64,000 bases of DNA, from positions 62,001 to 126,000 of the forward strand of contig NIVC01000977.1 of NCBI GenBank assembly GCA_002269645.1. The letters run 5' to 3'. Position 1 is the stretch's first letter, and each line of letters opens with the position of its first letter. The notes under the pieces were generated by a model. The model did no database searches. It saw only the letters and a list, made by a program, of their open reading frames with translations, and had not been told where the DNA came from. Positions 51,901 to 63,817 of the stretch are shown here, piece after piece. This stretch comes from Macrostomum lignano. Taxonomy: Eukaryota. The position numbers were made by a program, and so were the translations under genes.

Positions 51901-54900
51901 TCAGTGCTTGAGAATCTGCCGCTCCCATTCCCTCAGTGCTTGAGAATCTGCCTCTCCCATTCCCTCAGTGCTTGAGAATCTGCCTCTCCATTCCCTCAGT
52001 GCTTGAGAATCTGCCTCTCCATTCCCTCAGTGCTTGAGAATCTGCCTCCCCATTCCCTCAGTGCTTGAGAGTCTGCCTCTCCGCTCTCCCTCAGTGCTTG
52101 AGAATCTGCCTCTCCATTCCCTCAGTGCTTGAGAATCTGCCTCCCCATTCCCTCAGTGCTTGAGAATCTGCCTCTCCACTCTCCCTCAGTGCTTGAGAAT
52201 CTGCCTCTCCATTCCCTCAGTGCTTGAGAATCTGCCTCCCCATTCCCTCAGTGCTTGAGAATCTGCCTCTCCGCTCACTCTCGCACCCCAATGCGCCGGT
52301 CCGCAGGAAGCAGAAAAGAATGCCAACGAGCTGATTGAGGCCGAGGAGCAGAGAAAGGAGCAGCTGCTTAAACGAGATGAAAAAAAGCGAAAAAAGAGAG
52401 AAAAAAAGCTGCGCAAAAAGCAAAATCTTGAGCTGCAATCGTCTTTTGCTAATGCGAATGGCAGCGGTGGTCACCATGGAAAAGGTGGCTTATCTCACGA
52501 AGCTGGCAGTTCAAACGGATCTGCAGACCACGGTGAAAACAATACAGATGGAAATATAGAAGAGGTTAGTGCGCATTTGTTCAAATTTACTTGGAACTTT
52601 ATTCAACCTATTTACACATGCTACTTTCTCTACTCTAAGTAGCTATATAAGAGACGAGCTTTTTGTCGTCTATTGATGAAAATAATAAATTTTGAACTTT
52701 TGTAATACCCTACTAATAGTAGTCGAAAAAAGGGTTGAATAACAAATCAATTTCTTTCTCGATCTACTTTTTAAATTCTTTAGGAAAATTTCGACTCAAA
52801 CAGCGCATTTGTCGTGTCTGGTATAAAATCCGGTGGGTCGCTATCCACTAATTATGACAAGCAGCCGCTACAGCAGCAGCAACAGCCAATATATCCTGTT
52901 GATAGTGTACAAGCTGTCAATCAATTGTCTACCCAGCTTCATCGTCAGCATCTTTATCAACATTATCATCAGCAGCAGCAGCAGTTGCAGCCGATTGTTC
53001 CCCAGTCGTTAGCTTTCGTATCTGAGTCGTCTGAGCCGCCGAAACCGAAGCCCCGACCGCGGCAAATTCATCTGCTTCAGCAGCAGCAGCAGCAACAACA
53101 GCAGCAGCAGCAACAGCAGCAGCAGCAACAGCAGCCAATTGCTAACCCTACAGTAGAGCCCATAGCCACATCCCGTGAACTGGCTAAAGCTGCTAATGCG
53201 TGCATGGCTGCTGGCGAGCTAAACAGGGCCCTGCAGTTATATTGCAATGCTATTAGTTTGAATCCCACCGACTGTCGCTACTATGGCAGCAGGGCCGCCT
53301 GTTTGTATCAGTTGGACAGATTTCAGGTTAGTTGGTACACTGCTAATCAACAATACAGTGGCATTTCTTAGAACTGGATTGAATTAAATATCTGAAAAAT
53401 TGGAATTGTAAGCCACTGAAGCACCTGAGGGTTAAAAGCAATTCACTCAAGTACCTGTGAGTTAGAGGCAACCTATTGAAGGCCCTGAAGGTTAGAGGCA
53501 ACCCACTGAAGCACCTGAGGGTTAGAGGCAACCCACTGAAGCACCTGAGGGTTAGAGGCAACCCACTGAAGCACCTGAGGGTTAGAGGCAACCCACTGAA
53601 GCACCTGAGGGTTAGAGGCAACCCACTGAAGCCCCTGAAGGTTAGAGGCAACCCACTGAAGCACCTGAGGGTTAGAGGCAACCCACTGAAGCACCTGAGG
53701 GTTAGAGGCAACCCACTGAAGCACCTGAGGGTTAGAGGCAGACAACCCACCGAAGCACCTGAGGGTTAGAGGCAACCCACTGAAGCACCTGAGGGTTAGA
53801 GGCAGACAACCCACCGAAGCACCTGAGGGTTAGAGGCAGACAACCCACCGAAGCACCTGAGGGTTAGAGGCAACCCACTAAAGCACCTGAGGGTTAGAGG
53901 CAACCCGCTGAAGCACCTGAAGGTTAGAGGCAACCCACCGAAGCACTTAAGGGTTAGAGACAACCCACTGAAGCACCTGAAGGTTAGAGGCAATCCGCTA
54001 AACTGACAAATTCCAGGAATGCCTAACAGACGCCAACGAGGCCGTCCGCCTCAGCCCTGTCTACGCCCGCGGATTCTACATGCGCGGCCTGGCCCAGCTG
54101 CGCCTGGAGCAGCCGGCCGAGGCCTGCGCCAGCTTTGCCCACGTGCTGGCGATCGACCCGAACAGTTCAGACGCGGCCGCTAGGCTGAACGAAGCCAAAA
54201 AACTTCAGTTAGAGTCCATGGGTTTTACAGCCGCTCGGTGCGAGGAAGCTTTGAATAGAAATAATGGCAACATGCAGCTGGCCGCTGACTGGCTGATGAC
54301 GGTGGCCACCGCCGCCTCGCCTCACGGGAATGTACAGCCTCGGACCGCCGTGCCAGCTGTTTCCCAGCAGGTGAGGCTTCTGGAGTCTCTGGAGCTTGTA
54401 TCGTCTGTGAAGATTCTATAGTTTGTGAAGATTGTACAGTTTGAGAAGATTGTATAGTTTGTGAAGATTGTATAGTTTGTGAAGTTTGTATAGTTTGTGA
54501 AGCTTGTATAGTTTGTGAAGATTGTTTAGCTTGTGAAGATTGTATAGTTTGTGAAGTTTGTATAGTTTGTGAAGATTCTATAGTTTGTGAAGATTCTATA
54601 GTTTGTGAAGATTCTATAGTTTGTGAAGACTGTATAGTTTGTGAAGATTGTATAGTTTGTGAAGTTTGTATAGTTTGTGAAGTTTGTATAGTTTGTGAAG
54701 ATTCTATAGTTTGTGAAGTTTGTATAGTTTGTGAAGATTCTATAGTTTGTGAAGTTTGTATAGTTTGTGAAGATTGTATAGTTTGTGAAGATTGTATAGT
54801 TTGTGAAGATTGTATAGTTTGTGAAGATTGTATAGTTTGTGAAGTTTGTATAGTTTGTGAAGCTTGTATAGTTTGTGAAGATTGTATAGTTTGTGAAGAT

Positions 54901-55856
54901 TCTATAGTTTGTGAAGATTCTATAGTTTGTGAAGATTGTATAGTTTGTGAAGATTGTTTAGCTTGTGAAGATTGTATAGTTTGTGAAGTTTGTATAGTTT
55001 GTGAAGTTTGTATAGTTTGTGAAGATTCTATAGTTTGTGAAGATTGTATAGTTTGTGAAGATTGTATAGTTTGTGAAGTTTGTATAGTTTGTGAAGATTG
55101 TTTAGTTTGTGAAGTTTGTATAGTTTGTGAAGTTTGTATAGTTTGTGAAGATTCTATAGTTTGTGAAGTTTGTATAGTTTGTGAAGATTGTATAGTTTGT
55201 GAAGTTTGTATAGTTTGTGAAGATTGTTTAGTTTGTGAAGTTTGTATAGTTTGTGAAGATTGTTTAGTTTGTGAAGATTGTTTAGTTTGTGAAGATTGTT
55301 TAGTTTGTGAAGATTGTTTAGTTTGTGAAGATTGTTTAGCTTGTGAAGATCACCTTCACTTGCGGTCACTATATGTCGGATTGGTTCAAAATGCTCCATT
55401 CTTTCATCGCCTCGCCCTCTGCAGGCCCGTCCATCATCAGCGGCTCAATCGTACACAGCTGCAGCCAAATCTTCCTATGCTCAAGCCATCGGGCAGAGCA
55501 AGCCGCAGCTGCAGCATCATCAGCAGCCGCTATCTCAGCAGAAAAATAACTATAACTCTCATTCTCCGACCGAGCAGCAACCGCAGCAGGAGCAGCAACA
55601 AACAGAAATGAAAATCACCGCTCTGTGGGTTGGCAACGTCATGCCTGACGTCAGTGAAGAGCAGCTGTGCGCCGCTTTCGCCCGTCACGGCAGCGTCGTA
55701 TCGGCCAGGCTGCTCAGGCAGTCCTGCTGCGCTTTTGTCAACATGCGCAGCCAGGAGGACGCCAGGCGGGCCATGATGGCGCTGAACGGCCAGGCGGTTG
55801 GCTCCCGACGGCTGCTGGTTAAGTTCAGTGCTAGCGGGCCGAAGAAGGGGCCGTGA
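45974..55856 (+). CDS. J-domain/TPR/UBA-like/RRM protein (TTC31-like), 677 aa, 9 exons: 45974-46031, 50952-51055, 51151-51280, 51375-51413, 51521-51636, 52307-52564, 52784-53326, 54017-54370, 55425-55856
   Basis: All junctions GT-AG with matching phases. MTQMVHSKAKALEILKLDP|NALLTPADIKAAYKNQAIQLHPER (J-like); EAEKNANELIEAEE..KKRKKREKK; three TPRs; LESMGFTAARCEEALNRNNGNMQLAADWL (UBA-like); ALWVGNV...CAFVNM RRM. TTC31 similarity is from memory. Confidence 0.88.
46382..46819. mobile_element. MITE with GG termini and 8-bp TSD (Merlin/hAT/P-type TSD length)
   Basis: Left GGTCACTGGTCAGATCGTCATATTCCATTTCGTCAT versus right reverse complement GGTTCCTAGTCATTTTGTCATCTGCCATTTCGTCAT; ACACAGTA duplicated at 46374-46381 and 46820-46827. 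Confidence 0.8.
48270..49330. repeat. ~22-bp degenerate minisatellite (AAAGAGCCACCATGTCAAACAT)n in intron 1 of the J/TPR gene
   Basis: Direct reading. Confidence 0.93.
49430..49935. repeat. 18-bp minisatellite (GGGGGATGCTTGCTATCT)n
   Basis: Direct reading. Confidence 0.93.
50706..50863. repeat. ~158-bp imperfect palindrome centred on GTCACGTGAC
   Basis: GCGCAACCTTGGGATTCACTCGGC... mirrors ...GCCGAGTGAATCCCAAGGTTGCGC; arms of ~60 bp with few mismatches. Confidence 0.92.
51703..52278. repeat. ~33-bp intronic minisatellite (CAGTGCTTGAGAATCTGCCTCTCC...)
   Basis: Direct reading; fills intron 5. Confidence 0.95.
53410..53995. repeat. 30-bp intronic minisatellite (CCCACTGAAGCACCTGAGGGTTAGAGGCAA)n
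   Basis: Direct reading; fills intron 7. Confidence 0.95.
54405..55345. repeat. 18-bp intronic minisatellite (TAGTTTGTGAAGATTGTA)n
   Basis: Direct reading; fills intron 8. Confidence 0.96.
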
Positions 55857-55917
55857 AGGTCGGGTAGTCATGATGAGGACAGGGATTGCTGGTTTTTATT
55901 GCTATCGCATCGTCAGA

Positions 55918-56255
55918 TCCATGCTTCAATTAGCCAGGCTTTGTAGCACTTTTCATTTCTCCATGCTTCAATTAGCCAGGCTTTGTAGCACTTTTCATTT
56001 CTCCATGCTTCAATTAGCCAGGCTTTGTAGCACTTTTCATTTCTCCATGCTTCAATTAGCCAGGCTTTGTAGCACTTTTCATTTCTCCATGCTTCAATTA
56101 GCCAGGCTTTGTAGCACTTTTCATTTCTCCATGCTTCAATTAGCCAGGCTTTGTAGCACTTTTCATTTCTCCATGCTTCAATTAGCCAGGCTTTGTAGCA
56201 CTTTTCATTTCTCCATGCTTCAATTAGCCAGGCTTTGTAGCACTTTTCATTTCTC
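55918..56255. repeat. 42-bp perfect minisatellite, ~8 copies
   Basis: CCATGCTTCAATTAGCCAGGCTTTGTAGCACTTTTCATTTCT. Confidence 0.96.
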
Positions 56256-56299
56256 ATTATTATGGTTAGATACTCGAGATCAGACTGGGCCACTGCCGC

Positions 56300-57225
56300 C
56301 CTTCCCAGATCCTCCGTTGCTGGGCCAGCCTCCCAGATCCTCAGTTGCTGGGCCAGCCTCCCAGATCCTCAGTTGCTGGGCCAGCCTCCCAGATCCTCAG
56401 TTGCTGGGCCAGCCTCCCAGATCCCCAGTTGCTGGACCAGCCTCCCAGATCCCCAGTTGCTGGGCCAGCCTCCCAGATCCCCAGTTGCTGGGCCAGCCTC
56501 CCAGATCCTCAGTTGCTGGGCCAGCCTTCCAGATCCTCAGTTGCTGGGCCAGCCTCCCAGATCCTCAGTTGCTGGGCCAGCCTCCCAGATCCCCAGTTGC
56601 TGGGCCAGCCTCCCAGATCCTCAGTTGCTGGGCCAGCCTCCCAGATCCCCAGTTGCTGAGCCAGCCTCCCAGATCGCCAGTTGCTAGGCCAGCCTCCCAG
56701 ATCCTCAATTGCTGGGCCAGCCTCCCAGATCGCCAGTTGCTGGGCCAGCCTCCCAGATCCTCAATTGCTGGGCCAGCCTCCCAGATCCTCAATTGCTGGG
56801 CCAGCCTCCCAGATCCTCAGTTGCTGGGCCCGCCTCCCAGATCCTCAGTTACTGGGCCAGCCTCCCAGATCCTCAGTTGCTAGGCCCGCCTCCCAGATCC
56901 TCAGTTGCTGAGCCAGCCTCCCAGATCCTCAGTTGCTGAGCCAGCCTCCCAGATCCCCAGTTGCTGGGCCAGCCTCCCAGATCCTCAGTTGCTGGGCCAG
57001 CCTCCCAGATCCTCAGTTGCTAGGCCCGCCTCCCAGATCCTCAGTTGCTGAGCCAGCCTCCCAGATCCTCAGTTGCTGAGCCAGCCTCCCAGATCCTCAG
57101 TTGCTGAGCCAGCCTCCCAGATCCTCAGTTACTGGGCCAGCCTCCCAGATCCTCAGTTGCTGAGCCAGCCTCCCAGATCCTCAGTTGCTGGGCCAGCCTC
57201 CCAGATCCTCAGTTGCTGGGCCCCT
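56300..57225. repeat. 28-bp minisatellite (GTTGCTGGGCCAGCCTCCCAGATCCTCA)n, block 1
   Basis: Direct reading. Confidence 0.96.
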
Positions 57226-58451
57226 CCTGTCATATAGACAAATGTGAGCAGTGCTACCGGGCTTCCATAGTCAGTATGTGCTGCGCTTAAACAGGTACTG
57301 AATTTATCATTTTGATTATTCAATAATTTTTTTAGATTAAGGCCGTAGAAAATGAGTGGTTCGATGTTTCAGCAGTAGACACAGGCAGTTGTCTTTAAAC
57401 CCAACATGCCTTCGCAGTGTTCTTATTCCTAATGCTGTCTGCTGTTAAGCTTGTAAGAAATTCCATTTGCTTGGATTGTTTTTCGACATGTTTGATAACT
57501 CTTTTGTTTGAATATCTTGGAAAACCACCGTCTGTAACCTGTCTGTCAGGAGTATCCCAGCGTATTTATTTGTTTTAGCATTCATACAATAATTTAATGC
57601 TTTGTTTTGCTCTGATGCTATTTTTGTAAGCTTGTTAAGCTATTTTTTCAAATCTATAAAACTCAAGGACTGCAACTATTAAAATAGAAGAACGGGTAAA
57701 CCACGAATTTTAGAAAGTGTTAAGGAGGCTGGTTTTTGCCGAAAAATATACTACAGAGATAAGAACTGTCACCTTTTTTCAGATTAAAATCGTTATTGCT
57801 TTTGATAGGAGGCAGACCCAGTGATCATCTTTTGGTATGTTTGGCCTTTCAAAGCTGTTTGTTCAGAAAATAAGGACTCTTTGTTTATTTATTATTCTAC
57901 GCACATGCCCTGCCTTTGGTTTTATGCATCAATTTGATCATCTCTGTTGCACATATTGTTACAGTCAGCTAAGAATAAAAATTAACATATATAGAATCCT
58001 AATTTTCTGAACAAAAAGCTTTATTAATATCAATAGAGCTATAAGGCAGAAGAAACTTACCTTCCTGTCCTTCTAGTTGAGTTGTCCTTGAGTAGTTCAA
58101 CAAGATACTTCCCTTCTTATCCAAGTATTAAAGTCTTATGTTTTACGAGTGTGTTTTATTTTTTGTCAAAGCGTTTGCTCGTTCTGTTGTTTTTAAATAA
58201 CAGCCTGAAATTTGTAGACCTGTGCCGTGGCTTGAAACTTTTTAATTTTTGCGGCCTTTTCTACCTGCTTCAGCTGGATGCTTTTTTGTTTTTTGGTCTG
58301 GGCGCTGCTCTGTTGTTTTCCTTCAGTTTCGTTGGTCACTGTTTTTTGTCTTCTTTGTACCAGTTTATGGGGATTTGTTGATTCCATTCTGTGATTATGC
58401 TGCGTCACTACTTTAATCATATGCTGCGGTTGTTGAGTTTGGACATACCTG

Positions 58452-58680
58452 GCAGTTGCTGGGCCAGCCTCCCAGATCCTCAGTTGCTGGGCCAGCATCC
58501 CAGATCCTCAGTTGCTGGGCCAGCATCCCAGATCCTCAGTTGCTGGGCCAGCATCCCAGATCCTCAGTTGCTGGGCCAGCATCCCAGATCCCCAGTTGCT
58601 GAGCCATCATCCCAGATCCCCAGTTGCTGGGCCAGCATCCCAGATCCTCAGTTGCTGGGCCAGCATCCCAGATCGTCAGC
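58452..58680. repeat. 28-bp minisatellite, block 2 (CAGCATCCC variant)
   Basis: Same family and orientation as block 1. Confidence 0.94.
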
Positions 58681-59499
58681 GTTTGCGTGTGCTAATTAAT
58701 CTGATTACAATATTATCCAATAGAAACCCAAAGTGAAATTCACAACCTGTTTCATCAATATTATTTTTCATCGAGAAATTTTAAGCAGAATCAGCGCTGA
58801 AAGTTTTCATTTTTTGCTCCTTCATTTGTTAATTCCGCAATCTGATGCAGGCTGTTCTCTCTGCAAAATGTTTTGTTTTCGTCATCCGGTTATTCGCAGC
58901 CGCCGAGGTTGCGCGCACCGCTTGAATTAAAAGTATGATTTTTTCTCTTGGCAATGCTAATTTTATTCTGTGCTGTTTTTTTTCTAATAGTATTTCATTC
59001 GTATTTATTAACACTATTGGCTACTAAATGGATAATATGTAAAGTAGTAGATGTTCAATCTCTCAAGCTGCACCACTGTAGATACATGTGGCTACTTTTA
59101 AGACAGAAGGATTTGCATGTAAATTGTAAATTTTACAGCTCCAAAGCAAAATAAGAAAATTTCTTTTCGCGAATTCTGTGCTCCTTACATCTGTTCTTAT
59201 GAGTAGCGTGATGTGACCGAATTATATATAGATATATATTATCAGCTGTGGCGGCCCTACTCTCGTTTGTGAGAAATTCTAATCTAATATAAATGATTAT
59301 AATTCAGAGAATCATTAATTTGTCTTAAATTATTCAATTTTCTGTCTAATTTGTTTCAGTTTTGGCGGTGACAGTTAAACGCAAAATATACTCGCATAGT
59401 AAACACCTTCTACCCGCAATTTGCTGGCTGTCTGATCACATGTAGCTGCATTGTGGACGCTTTTTTAATGTTTGTCATTTGTTCACTTTCATCCTGTGC

Positions 59500-59925
59500 C
59501 GCCAGCCTCCCAGATCCTCAGTTGCTGGGACAGCCTCCCAGATCCTCAGTTGCTGGGCCAGCCTCCCAGATCCTCAGTTGCTGGGCCAGCCTCCCAGATC
59601 CTCAGTTGCTTAGCCAGCCTCCCACATCCTCAGTTGCTGGGCCAGCCTCCCAGATCCTCAGTTGCTGGGACAGCCTCCCAGATTCTCAGTTGCTGGGCCA
59701 GCCTCCCAGATTCTCAGTTGCTGGGCCAGCCTCCCAGATCCTCAGTTGCTTAGCCAGCCTCCCACATCCTCAGTTGCTGGGCCAGCCTCCCAGATCCTCA
59801 GTTGCTGGGCCAGCCTCCCAGATCCTCAGTTGCTGGGCCAGCCTCCCAGATCCTCAGTTGCTGGCCCAGCCTCCCAAATCCTAAGTGGCTGGGCCACTTC
59901 CAGATCCTGGGCCAGCCTCCCAGAT
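59500..59925. repeat. 28-bp minisatellite, block 3
   Basis: Same family and orientation as block 1. Confidence 0.94.
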
Positions 59926-61429
59926 CCCGTTGTCAGGCGGCCCATTCGGAAAGGACTAGCCAGCAAGAAGAGCCGTGCATCGGCAGCTGTGTGTGTATTC
60001 TGGCATCTCGTATCACTGCAGTAGCCGCATCTCTCAAACGAATCAGCAGCATTCTTGTTTTGTTAATTATAGTTATGCATATATTTATTTATTCATATAT
60101 AAAAACGGAACTAGGCTTCGTAATGGCGTGTTAGTGTGCAAAAATATAAATACAGGTTTTAGATATGTTTCCATTTTTTTACGCAAAGCAGAGAAGCACA
60201 GTTTCTTGATGTAGTTTTCTCCAGGTCAGCAACAGTTGAGCGATGACTCATGACGATTAATACGGATTTCTGAGACTTAATTGGACTGGCATTGGACTTT
60301 GAAGCAGACCAACGGCAACGAGGAGGGTAGTGGCAAAGCAAAAATTAAAACAAAAATTGAGCAGGGGAAAGGTTGATTGATCGGGTGCACAGCTATATAA
60401 TAAAAACAATTAATTCATTTCGTTAGTTATGACTGTAATTAAGGTAGTTTTGAAGGCAAACAGGAAACACACTGCAGTCTGGAAGCCGCTGTGAAATGAA
60501 CAAAGAAAAAGTTTCTAAACAAAACTCGAGATCGAACAACGCAAAATTACAAACAATGATTTATGATTTATTATAATAGGATAGTATGGCTGTTGCACGC
60601 GGGGAAGCTAATGAAATTACCTGTATATGCAGCCCCTCCCAAACCGGTGATTATAATCGATAAAAACGATGCTACGCAGAGAAAAACGCGCTCGCAACAA
60701 AATACTACTACTGCTACTACTATAAGTAATAAAAATAGCGAAGAAAAACTTATTGAAAAATTGTTTTCCTAACTAATCTACTAAAATGTAGCAAAACATT
60801 TTGACTTTTAACGAGCCTTGCATATCGGATCAGGCACTTTCAAAGATTGACACAACCCACAGCGCTTATAGTACACAATGTACTTATAAATATGCATATA
60901 TTTTAGCCACATTTACAGACAAAAGTACACGGGATGAAAGCGCACACGAAGCCGATTACATGCAATATTACTTAATCTTAATAATATTTTAAGTAGTGCT
61001 TACTGTTCTATTCTTATAATACTTGCCAAGTTATAATACATAGGCATTATTAGAAAATAGAAAAAAAAGATGTTCAATTTTTTTCAAATGAATATATTGT
61101 GCTTGTAATTTATTTTTCAATAAAAATCATCAGCTAGCTACTGTTAGTAACACAACTTGGATTCGGGGGTAAGCACACAGTTTAATCAAATTTTAATTAC
61201 AGTTAAGAATTTAAATTAAAAAAAGTTTAATTTGGTGCTAATCACAGCACCCGGCCAGCCGGGACTCAGGCTAGGATAGCGGGGGCAAAGAAAGCCTGAA
61301 GCAATTATAAGTACCTTTCAATTGATGGCGAATGCAAAAATAAAACAAAATATAGAGCAGATTTAATTTTTGCGTTTATGAATCGGGGTGCCTTATTTTA
61401 GCGATATGGGTAGCTGGTTCCTCAATCTT

Positions 61430-61640
61430 CATTCCTACATAGAAGCTGGTTCCTTAACCATCAGTTCCTCAATGGAAGCTGGTTTCTTAATTCTCAGTTT
61501 CTCACGGAAGCTGTTTCCTGAATCCTCAGTGGAAGCTGGTTCCTCAATCCTCAGTTCCGCATGGAAGCTGGATCCTCAATCTTCAGTTCCTCAACGGAAG
61601 CTGGATCCCCAATCCTCAGTTCCTCAATGGAAGCTGGTTC
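61430..61640. repeat. ~33-bp degenerate array (GGAAGCTGGTTCCTCAATCCTCAGTTCCTCAAT)
   Basis: Direct reading; shares ATCCTCAGTT with the 28-bp family. Confidence 0.8.
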
Positions 61641-61800
61641 CTCAATCTTCAGTTTCAAACTTAATAGCAAAAATTATTAAAAACCCAGTAAAACAGAAGA
61701 AGCAGCCAAGGCCACTCTAAAGATAAATTCACACATCAGAGTATCGTTGCAAAATCTCAACAGAAACCTTGGACAGAAGAGAATTGAACAAATCAATCAA

Positions 61801-63817
61801 TTAAAAATTGCTGTTACTAAACGAAGACTCACGATTGAGTGTGCCGCCCTTGCCCCGGCCGCTGCTATAGTGCTCCTTGTGCCGGTTCGGCCGGACACTG
61901 TCCAGCGCCTTCACCCGGCGCTCAATCTCCTTCACCCAGCGGGCCATCTCCGCGTCGTTGCCGGCCAACAGCAGCAGACTCTTGGCCTCATCGTAGACTT
62001 TGCAGTGATGGATTGGCCGGTCGGCCAGTTCCACGTGGTCCCGATGGATCCTGGTGTGACACTGACGGCATTCCAGAGCCGGCGGCGGGTTCAACACAGC
62101 GAAGCACGGCTTGGCGCACACGTCGCAATGGGTTGGCATCCGGTAGGTGATTGGCACGAATTTGTGCCCATTGTGCATCACCATCAGAGAGCTGGAGTCT
62201 GGGCCGCCGGCGCCGCCGCCTGCCGCGCCGCCAGATTTCACCTCGCGAGACACTTTGTCCTTGGCCTCGCCGTCAGCTTCGTACAGCAGCTGGCAAGGGG
62301 GGAGTGCGGGCGGTGGCTGGCATTGGGGCTGGCTCTGGGCCAAGCTGTGGCATTGGGGTTAGCTCTGGGCCAAGCTGTGGCATTGGGGCTGGCTCTGGGC
62401 CAAGCTGTGGCATTGGGGTTGGCTCTGGGCCAAGCTGTGGCATTGGGGCTGGCTCTGGGCCAAGCTGTGGCATTGGGGTTGGCTCTGGGCCAAGCTGTGT
62501 GGCATTGGGGTTGGCTCTGGGCCAAGCTGTGTGGCATTGGGGTTGGCTCTGGGCCAAGCTGTGTGGCATTGGGGTTGGCTCTGGGCCAAGCTGTGGCATT
62601 GGGGTTGGCTCTGGGCCAAGCTGTGTGGCATTGGGGTTGGCTCTGGGCCAAGCTGTGTGGCATTGGGGTTGGCTCTGGGCCAAGCTGTGTGGCATTGGGG
62701 TTGGCTCTGGGCCAAGCTGTGGCATTGGGGCGTTTTTAAGCCACAGGTAGGATTCGGGGCGATTTTTAAGCCACAAGTAGGATTGGGGGCGATTTTTTAA
62801 GCTACAGGTAGGATTTGGGGCGATTTTGAAGCCACAGGTAGGATTTGGGGCGATTTTTAAAGCTACAGGTAGGATTTGGGGCGATTTTGAAGCCACAGGT
62901 AGGATTTGGGGCGATTTTGAAGCTACAGGTAGGATTTGGGGCGATTTTGAAGCCACAGGTAGGATTTGGGGCGATTTTGAAGCCACAGGTAGGATTTGGG
63001 GCGATTTTGAAGCCACAGGTAGGATTTGGGGCGATTTTGAAGCCACAGGTAGGATTTGGGGCGATTTTGAAGCCACAGGTAGGATTTGGGGCGATTTTGA
63101 AGCCACAGGTAGGATTTGGGGCGATTTTTAAGCCACAGGTAGGATTTGAGACAATTATTATTCATAGATTAGGGTATTTCCACTACCTTAGATACTTTAG
63201 GCTTAAAAATCTTTGAATCAAGAACACACACGACAAGCCCCCCCCCCCCGCGGAAAAAAGCCGCACGCACCTGCAGAATCCTTGAGATATCCTTCTTATC
63301 AGCGTGCAAAGCGTCGTTCTGCGTGATGGGTCTGGCATGGAAAATCTTGGCCAACTCTAGCACCATGGCCGGGCGCTCCTGGGAGTCCTTCTCCTCCTTA
63401 GTCCGATAGAAGGCCACGCTGCGCTGGCTCACAACAACGTAGCGCTCCTCGAATGCCAGATTACCGCGGCGGCGATTGGCCTTGGGCACCGATAGAAAGC
63501 CTTCCCAGTTGCTGGCGCCTGGCAACTCAATAGACGACAGGGTAGCCGTGTCCGAGGCTGTAGTGGACGCGGCGCCACCAGTGGCCGTCCGATTGTCCGA
63601 CGATGCCACGGAAAAGGTGTCCACATGCGAAGAGTTGGCCAGGCGCCGTTCGTATTCTTCAATCATGGACTCCCTCTGTTCCAGCACGAGTTGCAGTTCC
63701 TGCAGTTCGACTTGCATCCGGTCAAGATTGACTCGCAGGTCTTGAATTTCTACATCTTTCTGTTCCACTTTGCGGCGATGAATTTCGCGTTCGCGTTTCA
63801 GCTCGGCGTCCAGCTCC
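61801..63817 (-). CDS. ROCK: Rho-associated protein kinase, last two coding exons (63817-63271, 62289-61801); gene continues beyond the window
   Basis: Coiled coil followed by a split PH domain (WEGFLSVP...YVVVSQ...MVLELAKIFHARPITQND...RILQ|LLYEADGE) with inserted C1 (HNGHKFVPITYRMPTHCDVCAKP...PPPALECRQCH), then LLLLAGNDAEMARWV. This is the diagnostic ROCK C-terminus. Confidence 0.94.
62315..62725. repeat. 30/32-bp minisatellite (GGCCAAGCTGTGGCATTGGGGTTGGCTCTG)n in the last ROCK intron
   Basis: Direct reading. Confidence 0.95.
62728..63150. repeat. 30-bp minisatellite (GGCGATTTTGAAGCCACAGGTAGGATTTGG)n in the last ROCK intron
   Basis: Direct reading; abuts the previous array. Confidence 0.95.

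Noticed and set aside
58082-58498. Lys/Gln-rich 101-aa minus-strand ORF and its antisense partner
   Set aside because: Begins in repeat sequence and cannot be joined in frame to the nearby donor at ~58060.
13485-63150. CRISPR-like arrays of 23-42-bp repeats
   Set aside because: Units are directly adjacent with no unique spacers, there are no cas genes, and the context is eukaryotic and intronic.
41468-63817. One large ROCK gene with the J/TPR gene nested inside
   Set aside because: ROCK ends with TAA at 61801 after its PH/C1 domain; the coiled-coil exons form a separate gene.
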